The notes: generated by a model from the sequence alone, not told the origin. 63,625 nucleotides of DNA, filler included, from Candidatus Rokuibacteriota bacterium (GCA_031406795.1; 4 parts of 4 records of this genome joined end to end with filler, not necessarily neighbours in it); one strand, 5' to 3'; numbered from the whole stretch's first letter, positions 18,816-30,120 are shown. Translations and numbers: made by a program.

Positions 18816-18928
18816 CGCTGAAAAGGGCCCACCTGCGGCGTTGCGCGACTCCCTCCTCACTGCGGCGCACACGAGTGCGCCTCATTCGTCGGGCAGTCGC
18901 GCGCCTTGCATCTGGACCCTTTTGAGCG
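18816..18928. repeat. MITE-like palindromic repeat (plus partial copy 18959-18989)
   Basis: CGCTGAAAAGGGCCCACCTGC...GCATCTGGACCCTTTTGAGCG imperfect terminal inverted repeats. Confidence 0.75.
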
Positions 18929-18989
18929 GTCGGCTTCTCGAGTTGTAGTCGCGCTCGCCGCTGAAAAGGGCCCGCCTGCGGCGTTGCGC

Positions 18990-19577
18990 TCAGGGCGTCC
19001 GCGGCAGCAGCTTGTCGATGAGTTCCTTCAGTTCCGTGAGGTGGAAGGGCTTCGTCAGATAGGCGTCCGCGCCGGCCGACGCGCCCTGGCCGCGGTCCCG
19101 CTCGCCGGCGCGTACGGTGACCATGACCACCGGGATGTCGCGGGTCGCCTCATCGGCCTTGAGCTTCTCGCAGAGTTCGAAGCCGTTGAGCCGCGGCATG
19201 ATGACATCCGTGATGATCAGGTCCGGGTGCGCCCCGCGCGCGATGACGAGCGCGTCCTCGCCGTCGCAGGCCGCGATGCACTCGAAGCCGAGATCGCGCA
19301 CGGTCTCCTCGAGGGCGAACAGGATGTTCGGTTCATCGTCCACGATCAGCACGCGTCGCGCGCTGCGGTATTGCCCGCGCCGCTCGTGCTTCGATACGAA
19401 GTCCGCGGTGCTCAGCTCGCCGCGAACCCAGGCCTGACGGTAGGCGCAGGCCTCGCACTGCGCCGGCTCTGCGCGCAGCTCGCCGGCCTTCGTGCGCCAG
19501 CAGAAGAGCGTCCGGACCTCGCGGACCCGGCACTCGCGGGTGCAACCCAGGTACTCCCAGCAGAATGAAAAGGCCAT
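18990..19577 (-). CDS. Response regulator with Cys-rich (CW-motif) N-terminal domain
   Basis: FCWEYLGC..EC...FCW...CEAC then receiver (VLIVDDE, DLIITDVIMP, YLTKPF). Confidence 0.85.
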   Translation of the reverse strand: MAFSFCWEYLGCTRECRVREVRTLFCWRTKAGELRAEPAQCEACAYRQAWVRGELSTADFVSKHERRGQYRSARRVLIVDDEPNILFALEETVRDLGFECIAACDGEDALVIARGAHPDLIITDVIMPRLNGFELCEKLKADEATRDIPVVMVTVRAGERDRGQGASAGADAYLTKPFHLTELKELIDKLLPRTP

Positions 19578-19590
19578 TGCTTCTCCCGGC

Positions 19591-20334
19591 TCAGGACAGC
19601 TCGGCGTCGCCGGCCGTCTCGCGGTAGTCCAGGAGTTCGTGAATCAGTTCGATCACCCGCCCGACCGCGATCTCGGTCAGCTGCCGGCCCTTCTCGGCGC
19701 TCGCCCGCGAGGGGTCGCCCCACACGCCGCCGCGCCAGTGTCGGCGCTTGTCTCGCACCAGGCGCGCCTCGGGGAAATCCGGCCACTCGGCGGGGGAGGT
19801 GCCCTTGACCAGCTCGGGGCGCAGGAACATGACACGCGAGGTCTCGATCTCCCCGGCGTGCGAGTCGTCCTCGGCCTCGACGAGCGCCTTGCCCGCCGCC
19901 TGGATCTCGTGGTACTCGGAGATCACGCTGATGCGGATGTCCGGCAGTTCGTCGAGGAGCTGTTCTCCGGCGTCGACCAGCGTCAGCACGTGCGTCTTGC
20001 CGGCGTGGCCGGAGATCAGCACGAACGAGCGCATGCCGTGGCGGTGGAAGTCGCGCACCAGATCGATCACGATCGCCCGCAGGGTCGCCGTGGTGACCCC
20101 GACCGTGCCCGGGTGATTGCGCGTGCTGCGGCAGACGCCGTACGCGACCGCGGGGGCGAGGTGGACGCCGGTGCGTTCGGCGGCGCGGCGGCAGACCTCG
20201 ACCACCTGGAGCGTGTCGGTGCACAGCGGCAGGTGGTCCCCATGCTCTTCGAGCGAGCCGAACGGGATGATGACGGTGCTCGAAGCCCGGACCCCGCGCT
20301 CGTACTCGGGCATCGTGACGTCGTCGAGAATCAT
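19591..20334 (-). CDS. Creatininase / creatinine amidohydrolase family protein
   Basis: PFGSLEEHGDHLPLCTD, SGHAG, HAGEIETS, GVWGDP. Confidence 0.9.
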   Translation of the reverse strand: MILDDVTMPEYERGVRASSTVIIPFGSLEEHGDHLPLCTDTLQVVEVCRRAAERTGVHLAPAVAYGVCRSTRNHPGTVGVTTATLRAIVIDLVRDFHRHGMRSFVLISGHAGKTHVLTLVDAGEQLLDELPDIRISVISEYHEIQAAGKALVEAEDDSHAGEIETSRVMFLRPELVKGTSPAEWPDFPEARLVRDKRRHWRGGVWGDPSRASAEKGRQLTEIAVGRVIELIHELLDYRETAGDAELS

Positions 20335-20371
20335 CGTTCCCCCGTGCCCCGTGCCCCGCGCGGCCGTGGCC

Positions 20372-21049
20372 TCAGGCCTTGGACTCGCGCCAGACGTGGA
20401 TGTCCCGGGCGATCTCTTCTTCCATGGCAAGTTGCGTGTGCTCGCACTGGATGACCATCGTCGGGTAATGCTGGTGGACCTTGACTCGCATCCCCGGCGC
20501 GATCCCGAACGCCATGAGTTTGTGCAGGCGCGAGGGTGAGGCCGAACTGAGGTAGGCGACCTTCCCCTCCTCGCCGGTTGCCAGTCGCGTGAGGGGCACC
20601 ACCAGACTCTCGACGCTCTCGCGCGCCTCGCGACAGCAGCGGCCTTCGGGGATCGGCGAGCCGTGCGGACATTCGCGGGGGTGGCCGAGCAGCGTGCAGA
20701 TGCTCTCGGTCACCTGATCGGCCAGCATGTGCTCGAACTCGCAGGCACTCTCCTCGGTGGCCTCGACCGACATATGCAGAATGTCGTGAAGCAGGCGCTC
20801 GGCCAGGCGGTGGCGCCGGATCACCTGGCGTGCCGCGTCTTCACCGGCTGGGGTGAGCTGGAGTCGGTCGGCCTCGGCGTTCACCAGCCCCTGGGCGGTG
20901 AGTTCGGCGAGAAGCTCGGGGCCGAGGGTGACCTTGGTCACCTCCTGGATCGCAGCGAGATTTTCCTTGCCGCGCTCCTTGGCGCTCCAGAGCCCCTCGA
21001 GCGCCTCCTCGAGGGAATGCGAGTGCGGCTGGATGTGATCCTTGAGCAT
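20372..21049 (-). CDS. DtxR/MntR-family metal-dependent repressor with C-terminal FeoA domain
   Basis: RRHRLAERLL, ACEFEH, LGHPRECPHGSPIP, KLMAFGIAPG. Confidence 0.9.
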   Translation of the reverse strand: MLKDHIQPHSHSLEEALEGLWSAKERGKENLAAIQEVTKVTLGPELLAELTAQGLVNAEADRLQLTPAGEDAARQVIRRHRLAERLLHDILHMSVEATEESACEFEHMLADQVTESICTLLGHPRECPHGSPIPEGRCCREARESVESLVVPLTRLATGEEGKVAYLSSASPSRLHKLMAFGIAPGMRVKVHQHYPTMVIQCEHTQLAMEEEIARDIHVWRESKA

Positions 21050-21107
21050 GCGCCGGATTGTAATGAATATCCGGCGGGGAGACAAGGCGCCCGTCGCGCC
21101 GGGTGCG

Positions 21108-21992
21108 CTAGCTGGCGTGGCGCAGGGCGCCCGAGGCGTCGGCGCCCTTGTCGCGGTACATCGCCTGGTCGGCTTCGCGGATGAAGGCCCTGAGGTCCTG
21201 GCCCTCGCGCAGTCCGGCGACCCCGATGGAGACCGTCAGAGTCAGCCCTTCGTCGACGAGAAGCAGGCGCGCCCGGGCCGCGACATCTTCGGCGGTCGCC
21301 CGGTCGGCCTCCGGGAGCACGAGAATGAACTCGTCGCCGCCGTAGCGAAAAGCGGTGTCGATGTCCCGCCGGCAGGCCCGCTTCAGACAGGCGGCGATGC
21401 GGGTCAATGCGGCATCGCCCGCGAGATGGCCGAAGCGATCGTTGTAGCGCTTGAAATCGTCCACGTCGACGAGCAGCAGGGAGAGCGCGCGGTTTTGCCG
21501 GCGGGCGCGGCTGATCTCCGCCTCGAGCACTGTGTAGAAGTGTCGCTGATTGTAGAGGCCCGTGAGCCCGTCCGTGCGGGCGAGTTGGATCAGTTCCCGA
21601 AGGACCAGCGTCTTCTCGAGCGCCTTCTCGACGGTCAGCAGGAGCCGTTCGAGATCGAAGGGTTTCTCGATGTAATCCGAAACACCCTGGCGCAGCGCCC
21701 GGAGGATCGTGTCCTTCGAGCCCTGCCCGGTGATGATGACGACTTGCGTTTCCGCGTGCAGGCGCCGTGCCTCCGCGGCCACTTCGAGGCCGTCCGCCCC
21801 GGAGATCGCGAGGTCGGTGATGACGACATCGAAGGGCGCGCCGGCCAGCAGCGCCTTAGCCTCGGCGCCGTCCCGTACGGTGGTCACGGAAAAGCCCCGT
21901 TTGGTGAGGAAGCGCTCGATCGACCAGCGCAGCAGGTCCTCGTCCTCGACCAGGAGCACCCGACCGCGAATACCACCATCCGGCGCCGCCAT
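21108..21992 (-). CDS. Response regulator diguanylate cyclase (REC-GGDEF)
   Basis: Receiver domain, DGLTGLYN, DVDDFKRYND, RDID I-site and RYGGDEF. Confidence 0.93.
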   Translation of the reverse strand: MAAPDGGIRGRVLLVEDEDLLRWSIERFLTKRGFSVTTVRDGAEAKALLAGAPFDVVITDLAISGADGLEVAAEARRLHAETQVVIITGQGSKDTILRALRQGVSDYIEKPFDLERLLLTVEKALEKTLVLRELIQLARTDGLTGLYNQRHFYTVLEAEISRARRQNRALSLLLVDVDDFKRYNDRFGHLAGDAALTRIAACLKRACRRDIDTAFRYGGDEFILVLPEADRATAEDVAARARLLLVDEGLTLTVSIGVAGLREGQDLRAFIREADQAMYRDKGADASGALRHAS

Positions 21993-22117
21993 GACCGCAC
22001 CCTCCTGAACGGTGATACTCCCCTGCTCTCTCGAGAGTTTCCTGCCGCAAGGAAGGTTCGACCGCCCGGACGCACCCCCCGGCGGAGGGGTTTGCTCATG
22101 ACGCAGAAGGGCGACGC

Positions 22118-22378
22118 TCAGGGCGCGCGGTCACCCTCCGAGTGGCTCCCGCTGTCCTCCGCGTCGTCGGGCAAGTCTTGGTCGGCTCGAGCAACGATGC
22201 GCGCGCGAATGATGTTGCACAACACCAGGGCGACAAAAAAGGTAAAGGAACCATCGATCCATTTCTTCAGGAATGGATCCGGACTCCATGCGACGAGATA
22301 GGCCAGGTGGATAACGAAGAGTGCGAGCGGGCTAAGTATTCGTAACTTATCGTTATTTGTCATTCTGTCCCCTGCCAT
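22118..22378 (-). CDS. Small two-TM membrane protein
   Basis: Two hydrophobic segments; same strand as the downstream cluster; lower GC. Confidence 0.5.
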   Translation of the reverse strand: MAGDRMTNNDKLRILSPLALFVIHLAYLVAWSPDPFLKKWIDGSFTFFVALVLCNIIRARIVARADQDLPDDAEDSGSHSEGDRAP

Positions 22379-22519
22379 TCGGCGCTGTGCGCAATGTGAT
22401 TATAACCTGAAGATATTCTGTGGAAACATAATGAGGCCCCCGTTGTCGGTGGTCCAGGGCGCCTTTCATGCAGGGCAGTATACGCCACGGGCCGAAAGTG
22501 TCAAAACACTTCTATTTCT

Positions 22520-22548
22520 TTGCCTTTTCAGCTGTTTTGCGGTATAAA
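22520..22548 (+). promoter_or_regulatory. Putative sigma-70 promoter of ileS
   Basis: TTGCCT-17 nt-TATAAA upstream of GGGAGG RBS. Confidence 0.55.
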
Positions 22549-22595
22549 GAAAGCCTGATCCGTTCATGCGTGGCGCTCTTGGGAGGAGTTGACCG

Positions 22596-25364
22596 ATGGA
22601 CTACAAAGGTACCTTGAACCTTCCGCGGACGGCCTTCCCGATGAAGGCCGACCTGACGCGGCGCGAGCCCGGGATGCTGGAATTCTGGGAGTCGCGAAAG
22701 GTCTATCGCACGTTGCGTTCGCTGCGCGCCGGTCGGCCGACCTACATCCTGCATGATGGTCCTCCTTATGCCAACGGACATATCCACATGGGTCATACGC
22801 TCAACAAGATCCTGAAAGACATCGTTGTAAAGTCTCGTAGTATCGAAGGATACGATGCTCCGTATATCCCGGGATGGGACTGCCACGGTCTGCCGATCGA
22901 ACTCCAGGTCGACAAGACGCTGGGGTCGAAAAAGAAAGAGCTTGGCACTAGTCAGTTTCGCAAGGAGTGCCGGAAATACGCTGAGGGCTTCGTCGATATT
23001 CAGCGGGGCGAGTTCAAGCGGCTCGGCGTGCTCGGCGACTGGGGCGAGCCTTACCTGACGATGGCTTACCCCTACCAGGCCACGATTGTCCGCGAACTCG
23101 GCAAGTGCTTCTCCGCCGGTCGCGTCTACCGCGGGCACAAGCCGGTACACTGGTGCATCTCCTGCCGCACCGCGCTCGCGGAGGCCGAAGTCGAGTACGA
23201 GGAGAAGAAGTCCCCTTCGATTCTCGTGCGCTTCCCGATCGTCCGCGGCTGGGAAGCGCTTGCCGGCGGACTGCCGGAGCGCGCCGCCTTCGCCGTGATC
23301 TGGACGACCACTCCGTGGACCATCCCGGCGAACCTCGCAATCTCCGCGAACCCCGAGTTCACGTATGCGATCGTCGAGAGCGGCGGCGAGTACTTCCTCG
23401 TCGCAAAGGACTTGGTCGGCACGGTCATGAAGGATGCCGGGCGCGAGGGCTACGCCATCGTGCGCGAGGTGAGCGGTGCCGACCTCGAGGGGCTCGTCGC
23501 CCGTCACCCGTACCTCGATCGCGAGTCGCGTTTCGTGCTCGGCGACCACGTCACGCTCGAAGCCGGTTCGGGGCTCGTGCACACCGCGCCGGGCCACGGG
23601 CAGGAGGACTATGCCGTCGGCCAGCGCTATGGCCTCGAAGTCTACAGCCCCGTCGACGACCGGGGGCGGTTTGTCGCCGAAGTCGAGCACGTGGCCGGCC
23701 AGAAAGTCTTCGACGCCAACCCCGTCGTCGTCGCGGCCATCCGCGACGCCGGCAACCTGCTGCGCGAGGGGCAGGTCACCCACAGCTACCCCCACTGCTG
23801 GCGCTGCAAGCATCCGGTGATCTTCCGCGCCACCAGCCAGTGGTTCATCTCGATGGAGGAGCGGGGCTTGCGCGCGGCGGCGCTCGAACAGATCGACCGC
23901 GTGCGCTGGATCCCCTCGTGGGGTCGCGAGCGCATCGCGGGGATGATCGCCCATCGTCCCGACTGGTGCATTTCCCGCCAGCGCTCCTGGGGCGTGCCGA
24001 TAACCGTGCTGCTGTGCGAGGACTGCGGCGGCGTGGTCGCCCCGCCCGAAATCTTCGAACGGGTGGCCGCCCGCGTCGCCGTCGAAGGCGCGGACTTCTG
24101 GTTCGACGTCGACCTCGCCGAGATCGTTCCGGCGGGAACGCTCTGCCCCGGCTGCGGCGGCTCGCGCCTGCGCAAGGAGACCGACATCCTCGACGTCTGG
24201 TTCGACTCCGGCGTGAGCCACGCGGCGGTCCTCGAGGGGCGCCCCGGGCTCTCCTGGCCGGCGGATCTCTATCTCGAGGGCTCCGACCAGCACCGCGGCT
24301 GGTTTCACAGCGCTCTGCTGACCGGCGTCGCCACCCACGGCGGCGCGCCCTACCGCAGTGTCCTGACTCACGGCTTCGTCGTGGACTCCGCCGGCAAGAA
24401 GATGTCCAAGTCGGTCGGCAACGTGATCGCGCCCCAGGAGATCATCAAGCAGTACGGCGCAGAGATCCTGCGGCTCTGGGTCTCGGCCGAGGACTACACG
24501 AACGACATCCGGATTTCCCAGGAGATCCTCAAGCGGCTGGCGGAGGCCTACTTCCGCATCCGCAACACGGCGCGCTTTCTGCTCGGCAACCTCGCCGATT
24601 TCGAGCCGGAGCGCCACACGGCAGCCCCGGCGGCGCTGCTGGAGATCGACCAGTGGGCGCTCGCGCGGCTGGCGCAGGTGGAGCAGCGCGTTCTCGAGGC
24701 CTACCGCGACTGCCAGTTCCACGTGGTCTACCACACGCTGCTGAACTTCTGTTCTGTCGAGCTCTCGGCGTTCTACCTCGACGTGCTCAAGGACCGCCTC
24801 TACATTCTCGCCCCCGACGATCCGGCGCGCCGCGCCGCCCAGACGACGCTCCACCGGGTGCTCGAGTCGCTGGTGCTGCTGATGGCGCCGATCCTCTCGT
24901 TCACGGCGGAGGAGATCTGGCAGGTGATGCCCGCCCGCCCCGGCAAGGGGGAGAGTGTCTTCTTCGAAACTTTCGCGGGGACGACGCCGCCGCCGGGCGC
25001 CGACGAGCTGCTCGCGCGCTGGGGGCGGCTGATCGAGATCCGTCGCCTGGTAAACAAGGCGCTCGAGAACGCCAAAGGCCAGATCGGCAAGTCGCTCGAG
25101 GCGGCGGTGACGATCGACGCCGACGGCGCGACGTCGGCCTTTCTCGCGAGCTTCGGCGAACAGCTCAAGGACGTCTTCATCGTCTCTTCCGTCGAGATCC
25201 GCGAAGACCCCGCCGCCTCGGCGGGGCCGGTCGTGTCGGTGGCGCGCGCGCCCGGCGCCAAGTGCTCGCGGTGCTGGTGCTGGTCGACCCGCGTCGGGCA
25301 GGCGCCGGCCCACCCGGAGGTCTGCCCGCGCTGCGCCGGCGCCCTGGCGGTGCTCGGCGCATGA
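22596..25364 (+). CDS. ileS: Isoleucine--tRNA ligase (type 1)
   Basis: HDGPPYANGHIHMGH, WCISRQRSWG, EGSDQHRGWF, KMSKS, C-terminal KCSRCW...CPRC zinc finger. Confidence 0.98.
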   Translation: MDYKGTLNLPRTAFPMKADLTRREPGMLEFWESRKVYRTLRSLRAGRPTYILHDGPPYANGHIHMGHTLNKILKDIVVKSRSIEGYDAPYIPGWDCHGLPIELQVDKTLGSKKKELGTSQFRKECRKYAEGFVDIQRGEFKRLGVLGDWGEPYLTMAYPYQATIVRELGKCFSAGRVYRGHKPVHWCISCRTALAEAEVEYEEKKSPSILVRFPIVRGWEALAGGLPERAAFAVIWTTTPWTIPANLAISANPEFTYAIVESGGEYFLVAKDLVGTVMKDAGREGYAIVREVSGADLEGLVARHPYLDRESRFVLGDHVTLEAGSGLVHTAPGHGQEDYAVGQRYGLEVYSPVDDRGRFVAEVEHVAGQKVFDANPVVVAAIRDAGNLLREGQVTHSYPHCWRCKHPVIFRATSQWFISMEERGLRAAALEQIDRVRWIPSWGRERIAGMIAHRPDWCISRQRSWGVPITVLLCEDCGGVVAPPEIFERVAARVAVEGADFWFDVDLAEIVPAGTLCPGCGGSRLRKETDILDVWFDSGVSHAAVLEGRPGLSWPADLYLEGSDQHRGWFHSALLTGVATHGGAPYRSVLTHGFVVDSAGKKMSKSVGNVIAPQEIIKQYGAEILRLWVSAEDYTNDIRISQEILKRLAEAYFRIRNTARFLLGNLADFEPERHTAAPAALLEIDQWALARLAQVEQRVLEAYRDCQFHVVYHTLLNFCSVELSAFYLDVLKDRLYILAPDDPARRAAQTTLHRVLESLVLLMAPILSFTAEEIWQVMPARPGKGESVFFETFAGTTPPPGADELLARWGRLIEIRRLVNKALENAKGQIGKSLEAAVTIDADGATSAFLASFGEQLKDVFIVSSVEIREDPAASAGPVVSVARAPGAKCSRCWCWSTRVGQAPAHPEVCPRCAGALAVLGA

Positions 25365-25557
25365 TCGCCGGCCGGCCCAAATCCGCGCGTAACGCGCGGA
25401 TCAGGAGAGTCAGGCTTGTCACTTGGTCCGGTTTATCCCGGTCGTTGCCCATGTCTGATCGCAATGCATGCTTCAAGTGAAACTTGATCTCTGCCACCCC
25501 ATGCTTCCTGCAAGAAATCATGCTTTTTCAGCGATTGAAATGCCTTCTCTGCTGCTG

Positions 25558-25627
25558 GATCCGCGCGTACGCGCGGATCTGGGGCCGGCCGGCGGGCTTG
25601 ACAGAGTTCCCGTGCTGCGGAAATAAT
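25558..25627 (+). promoter_or_regulatory. Palindromic operator plus sigma-70-like promoter
   Basis: GATCCGCGCGTACGCGCGGATC (25558-25579), TTGACA at 25598, AATAAT at 25622; same layout at 28385-28454. Confidence 0.6.
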
Positions 25628-25636
25628 GCGCCCGTG

Positions 25637-26128
25637 ATGCTTCGCGGTCGGTACTCCCGGTTGTCCCGGGCCATGTTCTTCGCGACCCTCGTCGCCCTGG
25701 CGCCGGGGTGCACGCTGTTCGACGAAGTCCTCCCCGGGTCGCCGTTCACCCCCGAGCAGCCCGTGGCGGAGGTCACCGTGGTGGGGAAGATCAACATCGA
25801 CCCGGTAACCGAGGGCCGGGAGGATTGTGCCGTCGGACGGGCCCTGCTCTGGGGCATCGCCCGGAACACCGGCGATCGCGACCTCGAGGATGTGTTCATC
25901 GAAATCGACGCGTTGAACGCGGGCGGCGGCGTGCTCGCAAGCTACCGCGTCAATGTGTTCAACGGGGATGTCTCTGTCGGTCCCGAGGAGGGCGCCGTCC
26001 AGGTCGCGGGCACCAGTCTCGCCGTGGATCAGTCCGGGGCTTTTTCGGTTTGCACCAACCTCTCCTATGGCTCGGTTGCGGGGACCGCCTACCGCACCGA
26101 CTTCATCGTCATCGACGAGCTCGAGTGA
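25637..26128 (+). CDS. Putative lipoprotein with Ig-like (FxLYD-like) domain
   Basis: Lipobox-like LAPGC; G.ARNTGDRDL..V.IEIDALNA.G pattern. Confidence 0.65.
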   Translation: MLRGRYSRLSRAMFFATLVALAPGCTLFDEVLPGSPFTPEQPVAEVTVVGKINIDPVTEGREDCAVGRALLWGIARNTGDRDLEDVFIEIDALNAGGGVLASYRVNVFNGDVSVGPEEGAVQVAGTSLAVDQSGAFSVCTNLSYGSVAGTAYRTDFIVIDELE

Positions 26129-26907
26129 CGGTGACCACTCGACGGTTTGCGGTCGCCGGTCTCGGCGCGGTGCTGTGCGGGCTGGCCGCGTGCGCGGGCA
26201 TCTCCGACCGCAGGGCGCAGGACGCGGATGCGCACTTCCGCATGGCTACGGCGGCGCTTCAGCAGTCCGGGGGCATTCAGAGCGAGATCAACCGCCGGGC
26301 CGCCTACCCGGAACTGACCCTGGCGATCAAGCTCGACCCGAAGAATGCGCGGTATCATCAGACCCTCGGCACGCTCTACCTGTACACCCAGGACTACCAG
26401 GCGGCCGAGCGGGAGACGCTGCTCGCCCTCAAACTCGATCCGGGGTATGCCGAGGGGCACAACAACCTCGGGTTGATCTATCTCTCGCAGGGAAAGCTGA
26501 GCGAGGCCGCTGCGGAGTTCCGCAAGGCCCTGGAAAACCTCTCCTACCCAACGCCGGAGTTCGCCGCCTACAACCTCGGCAAGGCGGCCTACCTGCTGAA
26601 GGATTTCGCGGCGGCGGCCGAGGCCTACGAACGATCCCTGGCGATACTGCCCAACAATGCCGAGGGGCGCTTCGAGCTCGGTATGTGCTACACACAGCTC
26701 GGGCGGCTCGCCGACGCCGAAAAGGCCTTCATGGCGGCGCTGCTGCTGCGCCCGGAAGACGCTCGCGCCCGGTACGAGCTGGGCATGGTTCTGTTCAAGC
26801 TCGGCCGGCGCAGCGCGGCTGCTGCGGAGTTCCGCCGGGTCGTCGAACTGGATCCCGACGGCGATCGGGGAGAGCAGTCGCGCACCTACCTGAAACTCCT
26901 GAAGTAG
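26125..26907 (+). CDS. TPR lipoprotein, PilF/PilW/Tgl pilotin-like
   Basis: Lipobox LAAC; TPRs incl. AEGHNNLG and KALENLSYPTPEFAAYNLG, typical of PilF/Tgl. Confidence 0.8.
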   Translation: MTVTTRRFAVAGLGAVLCGLAACAGISDRRAQDADAHFRMATAALQQSGGIQSEINRRAAYPELTLAIKLDPKNARYHQTLGTLYLYTQDYQAAERETLLALKLDPGYAEGHNNLGLIYLSQGKLSEAAAEFRKALENLSYPTPEFAAYNLGKAAYLLKDFAAAAEAYERSLAILPNNAEGRFELGMCYTQLGRLADAEKAFMAALLLRPEDARARYELGMVLFKLGRRSAAAAEFRRVVELDPDGDRGEQSRTYLKLLK

Positions 26908-26912
26908 CACCG

Positions 26913-27935
26913 GTGTCGGTCCCCGAGCCCCTCCCCGGCGGTTTTCACCCCGCGCCCCTGGAAATCGGGACCCTGCGGGTTTTCCCGCCGCTGATTCTCG
27001 CGCCGATGGCCGGCCTCACGCACGCGCCGCTGCGCAGGATCCTCGGCGAGCTCGGCGGGGTCGGCCTGTACTATTCGGAGATGCTCAGCGCCCGCGCGTT
27101 GCGCCACGAGGTGCCCGGGAGATCGAGTTTCCTCTCCTCCGTTGAAAAGGACCGGCCGCTCTGCCTGCAGATCTTTGCGGCCGAACCCGACCAGATCGCT
27201 CCCGCCGTGGCCGCGGGCGAGGCCTGGCGGCCGGAGGCCTGGGATCTCAACTTCGGCTGTCCGGCGCCGGAGATTCTCAAACAGGGCGCCGGGGCGGCGC
27301 TGACGCGCGACCTCGGCCGTGCGTGGCGCATGGCCGAGGCGATGCGGGCGGCGACTTCCGGACCGCTGCTGTTCAAGATACGCGCCGAAGAGGACCGGGG
27401 AAGGCTGCTCGAATTCGTGCAGATGCTCCAGTCCGCGGGCGCGGACGCGATTGTGGTTCATGGCCGGACGGCCCGGGAGAAACTCTGCCGGCCGGCGCGC
27501 TGGGAGCCGATCGCCGCGGTCGCCGCGACCGTGCGCATCCCCGTCATCGGCAACGGCGACGTGCGCTCGGCCGCCGACGCGGAGCGGATGTTCGCCGAGA
27601 CCGGCTGTCGCGGCGTCATGATCGGGCGTGCGGCGGTCGAGCACCCCTGGATCTTCCGCGAAATCGCGACGCGCTGGGGTCTGCCGGTTCCCCCCCTTCG
27701 GCTGCGGACGCGGAGCGCCGTGTATCGCCGCCTCGCGAAGTTCCTGCGGGGACACTACGCCCACCCGCGCGATCTCTATCGCTTGCGCGAGTTCACCAGT
27801 TACTTCGCGAAGAACTACCAGTTCGGACACTACCTCTGGAAGGAAATCCAGAACGCGCCGGATGTCCGGACGGCCCGGAACCTGGCGAAGAGCTTTTTCG
27901 CCCGCCAGGAGGACGCCGGGGAGAAGATCTCCTGA
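26913..27935 (+). CDS. dus: tRNA-dihydrouridine synthase family protein
   Basis: ILAPMAG, DLNFGCP, GAGAAL, VHGRT, GNGDV, GVMIGRA. Confidence 0.92.
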   Translation: MSVPEPLPGGFHPAPLEIGTLRVFPPLILAPMAGLTHAPLRRILGELGGVGLYYSEMLSARALRHEVPGRSSFLSSVEKDRPLCLQIFAAEPDQIAPAVAAGEAWRPEAWDLNFGCPAPEILKQGAGAALTRDLGRAWRMAEAMRAATSGPLLFKIRAEEDRGRLLEFVQMLQSAGADAIVVHGRTAREKLCRPARWEPIAAVAATVRIPVIGNGDVRSAADAERMFAETGCRGVMIGRAAVEHPWIFREIATRWGLPVPPLRLRTRSAVYRRLAKFLRGHYAHPRDLYRLREFTSYFAKNYQFGHYLWKEIQNAPDVRTARNLAKSFFARQEDAGEKIS

Positions 27936-28360
27936 ACCCGCCCTCCTGGTACGCCGCCGGTTTGCGCTTCAGTTGCCGGCGGTGCGGCTCCTGCTGCACG
28001 GGCGCCCCCGGCTATGTCTGGATTCAAGGCGATGAGGCGACCGCGATCGCCGCCTGTCTCGGGATGGAGACCGCCGGGTTTCTCGCGCGGTACACCCGGC
28101 GCGTCGATGACGGGCTGAGCCTGCGGGAGGAGGCCGACGGACGCTGCGTGCTCTTCGAGAACGGGCGCGGGTGTCGGGCCTACGAGGCGCGGCCGCGACA
28201 ATGCCGGACCTGGCCCTTCTGGGCGCGCATCGTCGCGACGCCCGCCGCCTGGCAGCGCGAGTCCGCCGACTGCCCCGGCATGGACGCGGGCGAGCTGCAC
28301 GGGCCCGATGAGATCGAGCGGCTCGCCCGCTCCCCGGACCAGGGCCCGGGGTCCGGATAA
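27932..28360 (+). CDS. YkgJ-family cysteine-cluster (CxxCxxCC) protein
   Basis: FSCRRCGSCCTG, CVLF...C.AYEARPRQCRTWPFW, CPG; apparent CTG start overlapping the dus stop. Confidence 0.85.
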   Translation: MNPPSWYAAGLRFSCRRCGSCCTGAPGYVWIQGDEATAIAACLGMETAGFLARYTRRVDDGLSLREEADGRCVLFENGRGCRAYEARPRQCRTWPFWARIVATPAAWQRESADCPGMDAGELHGPDEIERLARSPDQGPGSG

Positions 28361-28384
28361 CCGGTTTCGCAGACACCCTGCCTC

Positions 28385-28454
28385 GATCCGCTTGTACGCG
28401 CGGATCTGGGCCCCAAGCGCTTCCTTGCCGCGCCTGCGGGTTTGGCGCTATCAT
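28385..28454 (+). promoter_or_regulatory. Palindromic operator plus sigma-70-like promoter upstream of gspE
   Basis: GATCCGCTTGTACGCGCGGATC (28385-28406), TTGCCG at 28425, TATCAT at 28449. Confidence 0.6.
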
Positions 28455-28512
28455 CAGTCGCGAGGATCAAGCGTTCCGCCGGGCGGCTGCCTGGCAAGCA
28501 CTTCTGACGGGG

Positions 28513-30117
<1,605 letters not shown>

Positions 30118-30120
30118 ACG

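Noticed and set aside
22040-22100. Possible c-di-GMP-I riboswitch upstream of the GGDEF gene (minus-strand GCAAACCCCTC...GGGGGG)
   Set aside because: Lacks the GNRA tetraloop and the GACGCAAA/receptor elements
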